From a bacterium (lineage in GTDB: Bacteria; Bacteroidota; Bacteroidia; Sphingobacteriales; Sphingobacteriaceae): a stretch of DNA of 42,573 bases. The DNA is taken from NCBI GenBank assembly GCA_046305595.1, contig JBKCCA010000461.1, forward strand, positions 1 to 42,573, read 5' to 3'. Made by a program: the position numbers and the translations under genes. Within the stretch, counting starts at the first letter, position 1. Every line of letters begins with the position of its first letter. The notes below the pieces were generated by a model, which was given only the letters and a program-made list of their open reading frames with translations, was not told where the DNA came from and did no database searches. Positions 28,190 through 37,922 of this stretch are shown here, in pieces.

Positions 28190-28314
28190 AGCCTTTGGAA
28201 TTTTTGAATACAAGGGTGTGATACGTTTACAGAGAGAAATACTCTCAAGCAGTTATTCTAATTATATAAGTTCGTACTAGGCTAATAACTATTGTATTCA
28301 AAAAGCCAAAGGCT
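28190..28314 (-). repeat. Long-stem palindromic element, copy C (diverged, opposite orientation)
   Basis: Arms 28190..28213 / 28292..28314 pair 9 + 14 bp around a 2x1 internal loop. Reverse-complemented it reads 5' arm - TAGTTATTAGCC - ... - TATCACACC - 3' arm, the same layout as copies A and B. Ends 9 nt after the helicase stop codon. Confidence 0.75.
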
Positions 28315-28323
28315 GAAAAAACT

Positions 28324-31300
28324 TTACTCTTCATCTGATTTCATTATATCTTGTTCTTTAAAGTTTGTTTTGACAAACTTACACCAGTGACACTCTTCTT
28401 TACCGCAACCTTCATTGAATTCGTAGTTTAATATTTTTTCGTAGGTAGTGGTTATCTGGTTTTTTACAATTTCAATATCTTCTTTAGTGATAATTACTTT
28501 CTCTGTTGGATAGTTTTCTTTCTCAACTTTCTTTTCTGTTGTTTTTGTTTTATTTAAATCAATAGGTTCAACAAATTCGAATTGAGTACTTACTACTTCC
28601 CAATCTTTGCTTCGATCGTTATCGATAAGTATTTTATAGAATACTGCTTGACGCCAGTAGTCGCCACCAATTTCGTTTGCTTCATTTGGTGCTTTTAATT
28701 TTTCTAATGCGTTTTTGTATTTACCAGTTTTGTAATCAACAACATTTATTTCTTTGCCATTGAATTCAATTTTGTCGAGGTTACCTTTTATAGGCACTCC
28801 GTTTACTTCAACGTTTTTAACAGGATGTTCAGTCAATGTTATTTTGTTCCATGTTTCTACATGACTATCATAGTATTGAGGTAAAATCTTTTCACCATAT
28901 TCTAATCGACGCTTGTAATCTTCTTTAGTAAATGAATCTCTATTTCTGTTCATATACCATTTGAATTGATCTACTAAATAATTTGAACCAGCAAACTCTT
29001 CGTTGTTTTCTTTTAGGTTCTTAAATAATTTATTTAGGGCCCAATGCACTGCTTGTCCGAAGGTAGCGCTCGGACTCTTACCTGATGGTACTCTCACTAA
29101 ATTTTGGAAATAGAATTTCAATGGGCAATCGAGGTAATTACTTAGATGGGTAACACTTAGAGTATAACCTTCTAATAAAACATCAATATAATTTTTATCG
29201 ATTAATTGAATAACAGGTTTCTCTTGTTCTAAGAAAGGGATACTTTGGAATTTAAATAGTAAATCATCATTAAGTTTTACTGTTTCGAATTCATAGTCAT
29301 CAGACTGTCTAATTTCTGCAATAAATTGTGATGATTCTAAATCTTTACCCGATGCATCTTTTGCGCAATATGAAATATTTAAAGAGTGTTTTGCACGAGT
29401 AAGAGCAACATAAAATAAGCGGCGAGATTCTTCAAGTTCAGATCCCTCAACAATACTTGTGAAAATATTATCGGGGAATGAGTATTCTCTATTGCCACCT
29501 TTTTTAACATCCCATACTTTTTTATTTACGGAGATGATATAAACGTAATCAAACTCTAATCCTTTAGAACCATGTGTGGTCATAAAGTTTACTCCGTTTT
29601 CATTATAACTAGATTTATTTATTTCTAATCGAATACCATTTTTAATCATGAGGTCGATCATCTCTACAAAGCCAGCAACATCCATCTCATGATTTTTTCT
29701 ATTCTCTTCTTTTAGGTAATTGAATAGTGTACTGAGCACATCCATATAATAAGCTCTATTCTCTGAATGCATGATATAATTTAATATACCGGCACGAAGA
29801 ATTATTTTTTCGAAGAGTTCTTGAAGAGTGTAATTATAACTTTCCTTGATCCAGTATTCAATATCAGCAGAAAATATTTTTATAGATGTTTCTATTTCTT
29901 GATTAAATAAATCAGGTTTTTCAGCTTTTGCTAACTCAGATAATTTTTTGCGGATGGAAGTTTTCTGTTTGTATGATTCATGAGCAACATCCACAGAAAT
30001 TTTAGCGATATCTATAGGTGCTAGATCAAAGAAATCATAATGCATGATTTCAAATAACAATTGGTCACCACTATATGGAGTATCTCTTTCAGATGCGATG
30101 TATCTTAAAATATTGATGATTTTTTCAGTGAAGGCAAGCGATAAAATATCTTCTTTTCTTTTAATGTTAATTCCGATATTATCTATTTGGAGGTAGTTTA
30201 CGAGTTCAGCTGCCTGTGCGTGATTTCTATATAATACAGCAATCTCTTTTGGCTCAACTCCATTTTTTATTAATGTTTTAATCTCTTCACCAATATGAAC
30301 CAGCTCATGCATCGGTGTTTCGTATTCACGGATGAGAGGTTTTTTTGTCATGTTGCTATACAGCTCATTACTAGCTAATAGATTTTTATCTAGGTGGAGA
30401 TGTTTAGTCAAACGCTCAAAGTTATTTTCGATTAATGTTTTAGAGACGTTTAAAACAGATTGTGTAGAGCGGTAATTATTCGTTAAAACTATTTTATGTA
30501 AAACCTCTGCGTATTCATTAGCATAATCTAATATATTATTGATGTTAGCACCTTGAAAACGATAAATAGATTGATCGTCATCACCTACTACGAATACATT
30601 CGGATGGTCCCAATAAGAAATTAATAATCTAAGAATTTCATTTTGTGATCCGCTGGTATCTTGATATTCATCTACTAAAATGTATTGATATTTCTCTTGA
30701 TAATTTCTCAAAAGATTTTCGTCAGACTTGAATGCGTTGAGTACCCAAACAATCATATCGTCATAATCATAACGATTGAGTTCTTGCATTTTTTTTAGGT
30801 AACGAGGATATTCGTTGATAGCAGCTTTTAATAAATCTAATTTGTCAGTGATTTTGTTGACATCATTAATTTTAACATCACCGGCTTTTATTCCTGTTTT
30901 TGCGTTAGCTTTTTTATAAATGAATTCATCTCTTGTGGGTAAATATTTTATGTATAGGTCTATTTTCTCTAATAGAAAATCGATCGTCCAGTTTTCTTTC
31001 TTCATTGTAGAATAAAGATTTTTCATTCTACTCGATTCGAAGTAGACATCCCCGGTATATTTTTTAAGTTTAGAATTATTAGGTAGCGTATCAATTAAAT
31101 CTTTGAAGAGGGCAGCTTGTTCTAATTCAGAGATAGGTTCTAAATTAAGTTTACCGAAATAGTCGAGATTTTCTTGAATGATGTCATTACAAAATGCGTG
31201 GAAGGTATATATGTGTACGCGATAAGCATCTGGACCTATAAAATCATATAAACGCTTACGCATGGCAATAGTGCCAGCATCCGTATAAGTTAAACATAGA

Positions 31301-31497
31301 ATATTATGAGCATCAGTATCTGTCTCTAATAAGATCTGCCCAATACGAGCTGCAAGAATCTGTGTCTTACCAGTTCCTGGTCCGGCAACAACTAAAACAG
31401 GTCCTTCGATTTGAGTAACTGCCTCACGTTGTTTATCATTAAGGGTATTTAGGGCTTTTTGAAACTTTTCGTTGTTTCTTATTCTCTCTTTATCCAT
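28324..31497 (-). CDS. UvrD/PcrA-family ATP-dependent helicase fused to a C-terminal Cas4/AddB-like PD-(D/E)XK nuclease with Fe-S cysteines
   Basis: 1057 aa. Walker A AGPGTGKT, DEYQDTS, helicase motifs VI. C-terminal DKIEF...VVDYKTGK nuclease core, with Cys in YLDCPLKF plus CGKEECHWC. Confidence 0.88.
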   Translation of the reverse strand: MDKERIRNNEKFQKALNTLNDKQREAVTQIEGPVLVVAGPGTGKTQILAARIGQILLETDTDAHNILCLTYTDAGTIAMRKRLYDFIGPDAYRVHIYTFHAFCNDIIQENLDYFGKLNLEPISELEQAALFKDLIDTLPNNSKLKKYTGDVYFESSRMKNLYSTMKKENWTIDFLLEKIDLYIKYLPTRDEFIYKKANAKTGIKAGDVKINDVNKITDKLDLLKAAINEYPRYLKKMQELNRYDYDDMIVWVLNAFKSDENLLRNYQEKYQYILVDEYQDTSGSQNEILRLLISYWDHPNVFVVGDDDQSIYRFQGANINNILDYANEYAEVLHKIVLTNNYRSTQSVLNVSKTLIENNFERLTKHLHLDKNLLASNELYSNMTKKPLIREYETPMHELVHIGEEIKTLIKNGVEPKEIAVLYRNHAQAAELVNYLQIDNIGINIKRKEDILSLAFTEKIINILRYIASERDTPYSGDQLLFEIMHYDFFDLAPIDIAKISVDVAHESYKQKTSIRKKLSELAKAEKPDLFNQEIETSIKIFSADIEYWIKESYNYTLQELFEKIILRAGILNYIMHSENRAYYMDVLSTLFNYLKEENRKNHEMDVAGFVEMIDLMIKNGIRLEINKSSYNENGVNFMTTHGSKGLEFDYVYIISVNKKVWDVKKGGNREYSFPDNIFTSIVEGSELEESRRLFYVALTRAKHSLNISYCAKDASGKDLESSQFIAEIRQSDDYEFETVKLNDDLLFKFQSIPFLEQEKPVIQLIDKNYIDVLLEGYTLSVTHLSNYLDCPLKFYFQNLVRVPSGKSPSATFGQAVHWALNKLFKNLKENNEEFAGSNYLVDQFKWYMNRNRDSFTKEDYKRRLEYGEKILPQYYDSHVETWNKITLTEHPVKNVEVNGVPIKGNLDKIEFNGKEINVVDYKTGKYKNALEKLKAPNEANEIGGDYWRQAVFYKILIDNDRSKDWEVVSTQFEFVEPIDLNKTKTTEKKVEKENYPTEKVIITKEDIEIVKNQITTTYEKILNYEFNEGCGKEECHWCKFVKTNFKEQDIMKSDEE

Positions 31498-31546
31498 GCA
31501 ATAAAGATAAGAGATTGTGGTGCCAAAATTTGGCAGTAAACAAAAA

Positions 31547-31572
31547 AAGAGTAATGTTTTAGCATTACTCTT
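31547..31572 (-). terminator. Orphan intrinsic-terminator-like hairpin in the leader of the helicase gene
   Basis: AAGAGTAATG (31547..31556) pairs with CATTACTCTT (31563..31572). One further A:T pair is possible (31546 with 31573). On the minus strand it is followed by a U7 run (plus-strand A-run 31542..31548). Lies about 50 nt upstream of ATG 31497 with no minus-strand gene upstream. Confidence 0.45.
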
Positions 31573-31683
31573 TACTTAGTGTTTAAATTAGTTTAGTTAT
31601 AGTTTAAACAAATAGAGACAATTCTATTAATACTTCATTTACCTATAAATAAGTATTTTTATTAATAAAGAATATAATCAAAT

Positions 31684-33654
31684 TTGAGGGTGAAATTCAA
31701 GCTATTACTTTTATTCTGTTTAATATTAAGCCATTACAAAGCAACAGCTGGTAAAACTGACACTGTTTTTATAGAAAATGACTTTGAGTATTTGGAGTTA
31801 GGAAAATCTTTAGACTATACATCTTCAGATGAAAATGTTATAGATATAGAAGACATAGTAAATGGTGGAGTATATTTCAAAAAAAATGATGCACCACTAT
31901 TAATATTAGCTGAAGATGAATATTTAGATGATTTATGGATCAAGATAGTTATCAGTAATAAATCAAGTTCAGATAGAAGATTGTATTTGTATTTAGATAA
32001 TGCATTAATTAATTATGTTGAGTATTTTGAGTATGAAGGGAAACAGCAATTAAGTCATCAATTAACTGGAGATGCATTTCCAATATAAGAGAGATTGATT
32101 CAATACCGCAATCCGATTTATAATATCAAAGTAGCATATAATCAAACGAAGACGATATATTTATTATTTAAGTTAAAGGGTAGAAAAATACATACTCCTT
32201 TACAATTGTATTCACAAGACAGGTTAATTGAACATATATCAAAGAAAGAATCGAATATTTCATTTTATTATGGAATATTAGCAGCATTATCTGCATTATC
32301 ATTTATGTTTTTCTTTTTAATAAAAAGAAAATGTATACATCTATTTTGCATCATATTTAACATCACAAACATTATTGCAGTTATCAACGAGCGGATTTGC
32401 GGCGATATATATTTGGCCTGATTTTACATTTTGGGCAGATCGATCGGTGCCGATATTAATGTCGTTAACGATAATATCAGGACATTCATTTTTGTTAGCG
32501 TTTGTAGATCGCAATAAATTTAAGAGGTGGCAAGTAGTATTAATTAAAGTATATCAAGTATTTGCTGTATTTGTTATACTGGGTTCATTATTTGAAGGTG
32601 ATATTTATTATGCATCAATTTGGTTATTGTATAGAATGATACCACCATTCTATTTTGGCTTAATCATATTAGCAATATATTTCTTTGCAAAAAATTATTT
32701 ACCAGCTCGATTCTTTGTATTGGGCATTATAGGTTCTTTTATAAGCATTTTTTACGATAATGTTTTATTCAATAATGAGAGAGCACAATAATGTATTTAC
32801 AAATGAATATGTACTTTTTGGTGAAGTACTAAATTCTACAATGTTAACATTAGCTCTGTTAGACAGGTTTAGGTTTTATAAGGGAGAGAAAGATAAAATA
32901 CAGTTGCAAATGATTGATCAATTAGAGGAGCTAAACAAATACAGAGAGAACATTAATAAAGATTTATCAGAAAAAATTTCAGAGAAAACGAAAGAGTTGA
33001 ATCAAAAACAATATGAAGTAAAGAGAGCATTATTATTGGGTGAAGAACAAGAGCGTAAAAGAATTGCAACAGAATTACATGATGGTATGGGGAGTATGCT
33101 TTCTACTTTAAAACTGAATGCTGAGTCGATAGAATTAGATGATAAAAATTTAAGTGATAAAGAATTAATAGCCTATAAAAACATTATAGAATTAATAGAT
33201 AAAGCCTGCATTGAGTTGAGGAATATATCTCATAATATGCTACCAACGGGTATGGAGCAATTCGGACTTATACAATCATTACAATCGATATTAAAGAAGA
33301 TAAATACTTCTAGTGAGATAAATTTCAATTTAGATACCTATAATTTAAATGAGAGGTTTAATAGAGAATTAGAATTATCATTGTATAGAATTACATTAGA
33401 GTTGATTAATAATATTATCAAGCATTCAAATGCAAAGAACGCTACCACCCAGCTAATAAAAAACGAAGAAAGTATCACGTTGATGGTAGTTGATGATGGT
33501 ATTGGATTTGAATAAAATAAAAGAAGGAATGGGTTTACATAATATCAAATCGAGAGTTGATGTTTTTAACGGTAAACTTACTATTGATACACAACCTGAG
33601 AGAGGAAGTACATTTATTATCGAAATACCTATTTATGAAAAAGACTTCTTATAA
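31684..33654 (+). pseudogene. Disrupted 7TMR-DISM-type sensor histidine kinase (HisKA_3 + HATPase_c)
   Basis: Five ORF fragments rejoin into one protein. In-frame TAA at 32086..32088 (GDAFPI*ERLIQY). Frameshift in the A-run 32322..32331. Frameshift in the T6 run 32748..32753. Frameshift near 33507..33513 (DDGIGF | NKIKEGMGLHNIKSRV...IEIPIYEKDFL*). H-box RIATELHDGMGSML is present. Confidence 0.8.
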
Positions 33655-34267
33655 AATTTTAATCGCAGATGACCATCAAATATTTATTGATGGATTAATG
33701 ATGATTTTTGCGGATGTTGAAAATATTGAGTTAATACATGTTGCAACGAACGGACAAGAAGCCTTAGATATTTTTGAAAAAAATGAAATTGATTTGGCCA
33801 TACTAGATGTGAATATGCCAAAGCCTAACGGATTTGAATTATGTCAGATAATTTTAGAAAAGTATAAAAACACCAAGATCATGATCTTGTCAATGTATGG
33901 TGATGAAAACTTTATGAAAGAATTTACTCGAATGGGAGTGATGGCTTATGTATTAAAGAATGCGGGTAAGCATGAGTTACTAGATGCAGTTGAGCATGTG
34001 CTAAATGGAGAGTTATATATAAGTAAGGCTTTAAGAAATAAAGAGGAATTAGTAGAGGATGATTTTGTTAAGTCGCTATCGTTAACAAAAAGAGAAAAGG
34101 AGATTATATCTTTATTAGCGAAAGAAAAAAGTAGTCAAGAGATTGCTGATGCATTATTCATAAGTATCTATACAGTAAATACACATCGTAAAAATATCTT
34201 ACATAAATTAGGGATTAAGAATACAGCTGGGTTAGTGAAATTTGCTTCAGATAATCAGTTGTTATAA
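33635..34267 (+). CDS. NarL/LuxR-family two-component response regulator
   Basis: ATG 33635 (MKKTSYKILIADDHQ...). REC domain with DD, ILDVNMP and VLK motifs. C-terminal LuxR-type HTH (LTKREKEIISLLAKEKSSQEIADALFISIYTVNTHRKNI). Overlaps the kinase 3' end by 20 nt. Confidence 0.9.
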   Translation: MKKTSYKILIADDHQIFIDGLMMIFADVENIELIHVATNGQEALDIFEKNEIDLAILDVNMPKPNGFELCQIILEKYKNTKIMILSMYGDENFMKEFTRMGVMAYVLKNAGKHELLDAVEHVLNGELYISKALRNKEELVEDDFVKSLSLTKREKEIISLLAKEKSSQEIADALFISIYTVNTHRKNILHKLGIKNTAGLVKFASDNQLL

Positions 34268-34272
34268 AAAAA

Positions 34273-34300
34273 GAAACCCGTTCACATTGGAACGGGTTTC
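34273..34300. terminator. Terminator between convergent response regulator and nrdJ
   Basis: GAAACCCGTTC (34273..34283), loop ACATTG, GAACGGGTTTC (34290..34300). An A-run precedes it on the plus strand, which is a U-run for the minus-strand nrdJ transcript. Confidence 0.75.
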
Positions 34301-34346
34301 TATCAATTGTTCAAAAAATTTTCATGGACTTGTGGGTGATTGTAGA

Positions 34347-37300
34347 TTAACTACAACCTCCTTGAGTACCGCAGTTTAAGCATTTGTAGCAAGTTCCTGA
34401 ACGTAGCATGATGTGACCACAGTTCGTACATGCTGGAGCATCTGATTGACCTCCACCTGAGATATCAAGTACAGGCTTTTTAGCTGCGAATTCAGCTGAT
34501 GTAATTTCTGCCTTTGGAGCAGCAGCTTGTTGAGGAGCAGAGTCAAATGTGTTTGACACATCTGGATTCTGGTCTTCATCGATCATCTGCGGGTTACCAA
34601 TAACCGCATTTTGTTCAGTAATTACATGAACTAAATCTGTTCTGTTTAGGTATTCGTAACCTAACATTCTGAAGATGTAGTCGATGATTGATGTAGAGCT
34701 CTTGATATTATCGTGACCTGATACCATACCTGATGGTTCAAAACGAGTGAATGCAAATTTCTCTACAAACTCTTCTAATGGAACACCGTATTGTAAGCCC
34801 ACAGATATTGCAATTGCAAAACAGTTCATTAAGGATCTAAACGTTGCACCTTCTTTGTGCATGTCTACGAAGATTTCTCCTAATGTACCATCTTCATATT
34901 CACCTGTACGAACATATATTGTTTGTCCGCCTACAGCTGCCTTCTGTGTAAAGCCTCTACGCTTAGCTGGTAAGCTTTTCTTCTCTACAACACTTGACAA
35001 TTGACGTTTGAAGGTTGTGTCTTTTGAACGCTCTAAGATTGCTCTTGCAGCTTCTAAAACTTGCTCTGGTGTTAAATCACTTAATCTAACATTTGCAGCT
35101 TCGCCTAATACTTCGTCAACAGTTTCAATTTTATCGTCAGCAGATGCTTTAGTTGATAATGGTTGAGATAGTTTACATCCGTCTCTATATAATGCGTTAG
35201 CCTTTAGGCCTAACTCCCAACTTAATTGGTAGCAATCTTTAATTTCATCAACACTTGCTTCGTTTGGCAAGTTGATTGTTTTAGAAATAGCACCTGATAA
35301 GAAAGGTTGTGCAGCAGCCATCATTTTGATGTGACCGTGTGCATGGATGTAACGTTGACCGATTGAACCACAACGATTCGCACAATCAAAAATCGGATAA
35401 TGTTCTTCTTTTAAGAAAGGAGCACCTTCGATTGTCATAGTACCACATACATATGTATTAGCTTCAGAAATTTGAGTTCTGCTGAAACCTAATGCTTGTA
35501 GCAAGTTGAAGTTTTGTGCATTGTACTGCTCAGGTTTGAAACCTAAACGCTTCAAGCAATCTTCACCTAATGACCAAACGTTGAATGCAAAACTAATTTC
35601 AAATGCTGATACCATTCCTTTATCAACTCTTTCTAAATCATCTTGTGTAAATCCTTTAGTTGCTAATGATTCGAAGTTGATATGTGGTGCACCTTGAATA
35701 GTTGCATAACCTTTTGCATAGTTTACAATTGTATCAATTTGATGCTCATCATAACCTAAGTTTAATAAAGTTGCAGGTACTGCTTGGTTAATAATTTTGA
35801 AGTAACCACCACCTGATAATTTTTTGAACTTCACTAATGCGAAGTCTGGCTCGATGCCTGTAGTATCACAATCCATCACCAAACCAATTGTACCTGTTGG
35901 AGCAATTACAGTAGTTTGTGCGTTACGGTATCCGTATTTCTCACCTAACTCAACTGCCTTGTCCCATGCATTGCATGCTGCTGATAATAAATAATCAGGA
36001 CAGTCTTTAGGGTCGATGCCCGGAGGCGCAATCTCTAACCCTTCGTAAGCATCAGTTGCATTGTATGCTGCATAACGGTGATTACGCATTACACGTAACA
36101 TGTCTTGTTTGTTCTCTTCGAATTTAACGAAGGGACCTAAGTGTTTAGCCATTTCTGCTGATGTTGCATAAGCTACACCTGTCATGATCGCTGTAATAGC
36201 ACCACCTAATGCACGACCTTTATCGCTATCGTAAGCTATACCAGCAACCATTAACATTGAACCTAAGTTCGCATATCCTAATCCTAATGTTCTGTACTCG
36301 TATGATAATTGAGCAACATCTTTTGATGGGAATTGAGCCATCAATACTGAAATCTCTAATACCATTGTCCAGATTTTGCAGATATGCTCAAAACCTTTTA
36401 CATCAAACTCTAATGTTTGTTCATTGAAGAAGTGACGTAAGTTTACAGATGCTAAGTTACATGCAGTGTTATCTAAGAACATGTATTCAGAGCAAGGGTT
36501 AGAAGCGTTGATTCTTCCGCCTTGCGGACATGTATGCCATTCGTTGATTGTAGTGTCGTATTGTACACCAGGGTCAGCGCAAGCCCAAGCAGCAAATGCG
36601 ATATCATTCCATAATTTTTCTGATGGAATAGTACCAACCACTTTACCATTTGTTCTACCTACTAATTCCCAATCTTTACCTTCTTCTAAAGCATAGAAGA
36701 ATGAATTAGGTATACGTACAGAGTTATTTGAGTTTTGTCCAGAAACAGTTCTGTAAGCTTCACCTTCATAGTCTGAAGAATAACCCGCTGCGATTAACGC
36801 TGCAACTTTTTTCTCTTCTTCAACTTTCCAGTTTACGAATCCTTCAATTTCTGGGTGATCTAAATCTAAACAAACCATTTTCGCAGCACGACGTGTTGTA
36901 CCACCTGATTTGATTGCACCTGCAGCTCTGTCACCAATTTTCAAGAATGACATTAAGCCTGATGAATATCCACCACCAGATAATTTTTCGCTTTCGCCAC
37001 GAATTCTAGAGAAGTTAGTACCTACACCAGAACCATATTTGAAGATACGCGCTTCACGTACCCAAAGATCCATAATACCACCTTCGTTAACCAAATCATC
37101 ATCAACTGATAAAATGAAACATGCGTGTGGCTGTGGACGTTCGTATGCTGAAGTTGATTTTTCTAATTTACCAGTTTCAGGATTCACAAAGTAGTGACCT
37201 TGTGGTTTACCTGTAATACCGTATGAAGAATATAAACCAGTATTAAACCATTGTGGTGAGTTAGGTGCAGCTAATTGACCTACTATTGTATAAACTAACT

Positions 37301-37661
37301 CATCATAAAATGCAGTTGAATCTTCTTCTGTTGCAAAGTATCCATAACGCTTACCCCAGTCTGTCCAGCAATTAGCCATACGATGCGCTACTTGCTTTAC
37401 TGATTTTTCTGAACCAGTTGTTCCATCCTCTAAAGGTACACCAGCTTTACGGAAATATTTTTGAGCTAAAATATCCGTAGCCACTTGTGACCATGAAGCG
37501 GGTACTTCTACATCTTTCATTTCAAACACTGCATCGCCCGCAGGGTTACGAATCACTGAAGTTCTTTTTTCATACGTGAATAAGTCATACGGACTTACTC
37601 CTTGTTGGGTGAAATAGCGATCAATTTTCATCCCTTTTCCTTTATTCTCTTTTTTGCTCAT
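34347..37661 (-). CDS. nrdJ: Adenosylcobalamin-dependent (class II) ribonucleotide reductase
   Basis: 1104 aa. Active-site segment [34 protein letters not shown]-terminal zinc-ribbon-like [21 protein letters not shown]. Confidence 0.93.
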   Translation of the reverse strand: MSKKENKGKGMKIDRYFTQQGVSPYDLFTYEKRTSVIRNPAGDAVFEMKDVEVPASWSQVATDILAQKYFRKAGVPLEDGTTGSEKSVKQVAHRMANCWTDWGKRYGYFATEEDSTAFYDELVYTIVGQLAAPNSPQWFNTGLYSSYGITGKPQGHYFVNPETGKLEKSTSAYERPQPHACFILSVDDDLVNEGGIMDLWVREARIFKYGSGVGTNFSRIRGESEKLSGGGYSSGLMSFLKIGDRAAGAIKSGGTTRRAAKMVCLDLDHPEIEGFVNWKVEEEKKVAALIAAGYSSDYEGEAYRTVSGQNSNNSVRIPNSFFYALEEGKDWELVGRTNGKVVGTIPSEKLWNDIAFAAWACADPGVQYDTTINEWHTCPQGGRINASNPCSEYMFLDNTACNLASVNLRHFFNEQTLEFDVKGFEHICKIWTMVLEISVLMAQFPSKDVAQLSYEYRTLGLGYANLGSMLMVAGIAYDSDKGRALGGAITAIMTGVAYATSAEMAKHLGPFVKFEENKQDMLRVMRNHRYAAYNATDAYEGLEIAPPGIDPKDCPDYLLSAACNAWDKAVELGEKYGYRNAQTTVIAPTGTIGLVMDCDTTGIEPDFALVKFKKLSGGGYFKIINQAVPATLLNLGYDEHQIDTIVNYAKGYATIQGAPHINFESLATKGFTQDDLERVDKGMVSAFEISFAFNVWSLGEDCLKRLGFKPEQYNAQNFNLLQALGFSRTQISEANTYVCGTMTIEGAPFLKEEHYPIFDCANRCGSIGQRYIHAHGHIKMMAAAQPFLSGAISKTINLPNEASVDEIKDCYQLSWELGLKANALYRDGCKLSQPLSTKASADDKIETVDEVLGEAANVRLSDLTPEQVLEAARAILERSKDTTFKRQLSSVVEKKSLPAKRRGFTQKAAVGGQTIYVRTGEYEDGTLGEIFVDMHKEGATFRSLMNCFAIAISVGLQYGVPLEEFVEKFAFTRFEPSGMVSGHDNIKSSTSIIDYIFRMLGYEYLNRTDLVHVITEQNAVIGNPQMIDEDQNPDVSNTFDSAPQQAAAPKAEITSAEFAAKKPVLDISGGGQSDAPACTNCGHIMLRSGTCYKCLNCGTQGGCS

Positions 37662-37835
37662 AGTAATTATTTATTCGGGTAAGTTTAGGTTATTGATTAT
37701 GTTATTGTTAACGGTTAAAAAAAACTTACGGAGTTTTTAATCAAATTTAAGAGCCTGAGTAAGGCACATCAAATTGAGTTTTCCACATACAAAATGCTAA
37801 ACAAGGTCTGCACGAAGTAAATCGCTTTAAAATGC

Positions 37836-37877
37836 AGAAAACCAATGTTTTGCCTATGTGGAAAACATTGGTTTTCT
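37836..37877 (-). terminator. Terminator hairpin downstream of pyk
   Basis: AGAAAACCAATGTTTT (37836..37851) pairs perfectly with AAAACATTGGTTTTCT (37862..37877) around a 10-nt loop. On the minus strand it is followed by GCATTTTAAAG. A second 9-bp hairpin lies at 37884..37909, closer to the pyk stop. Confidence 0.65.
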
Positions 37878-37922
37878 AAGATATTAACATAATATTTTAC
37901 TTATGTTAAAACAAAATGAGGA

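Noticed and set aside
31684-34267. The two-component locus and the neighbouring helicase considered as a horizontally acquired island or defence locus. This region looks more AT-rich than the rest.
   Set aside because: There are no flanking tRNA, integrase, direct repeats or mobile-element genes. The helicase-nuclease architecture matches, as far as I can recall, a widely conserved Bacteroidota repair-type protein, not a known defence module. I cannot quantify the compositional shift by eye.
34347-37661. The unusually long NrdJ (1104 aa) checked for an intein.
   Set aside because: The translation reads as continuous RNR sequence with no Cys/Ser...His-Asn splice-junction blocks or homing-endonuclease motifs. 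The extra length lies in the C-terminal region and zinc-ribbon tail that I recall from other long class II enzymes.
37662-37835. Possible cobalamin riboswitch or NrdR boxes upstream of nrdJ.
   Set aside because: There is no B12-box-like sequence or multi-stem junction. There are no tandem 16-bp palindromes of the NrdR type. Only short A/T-rich stems are present.
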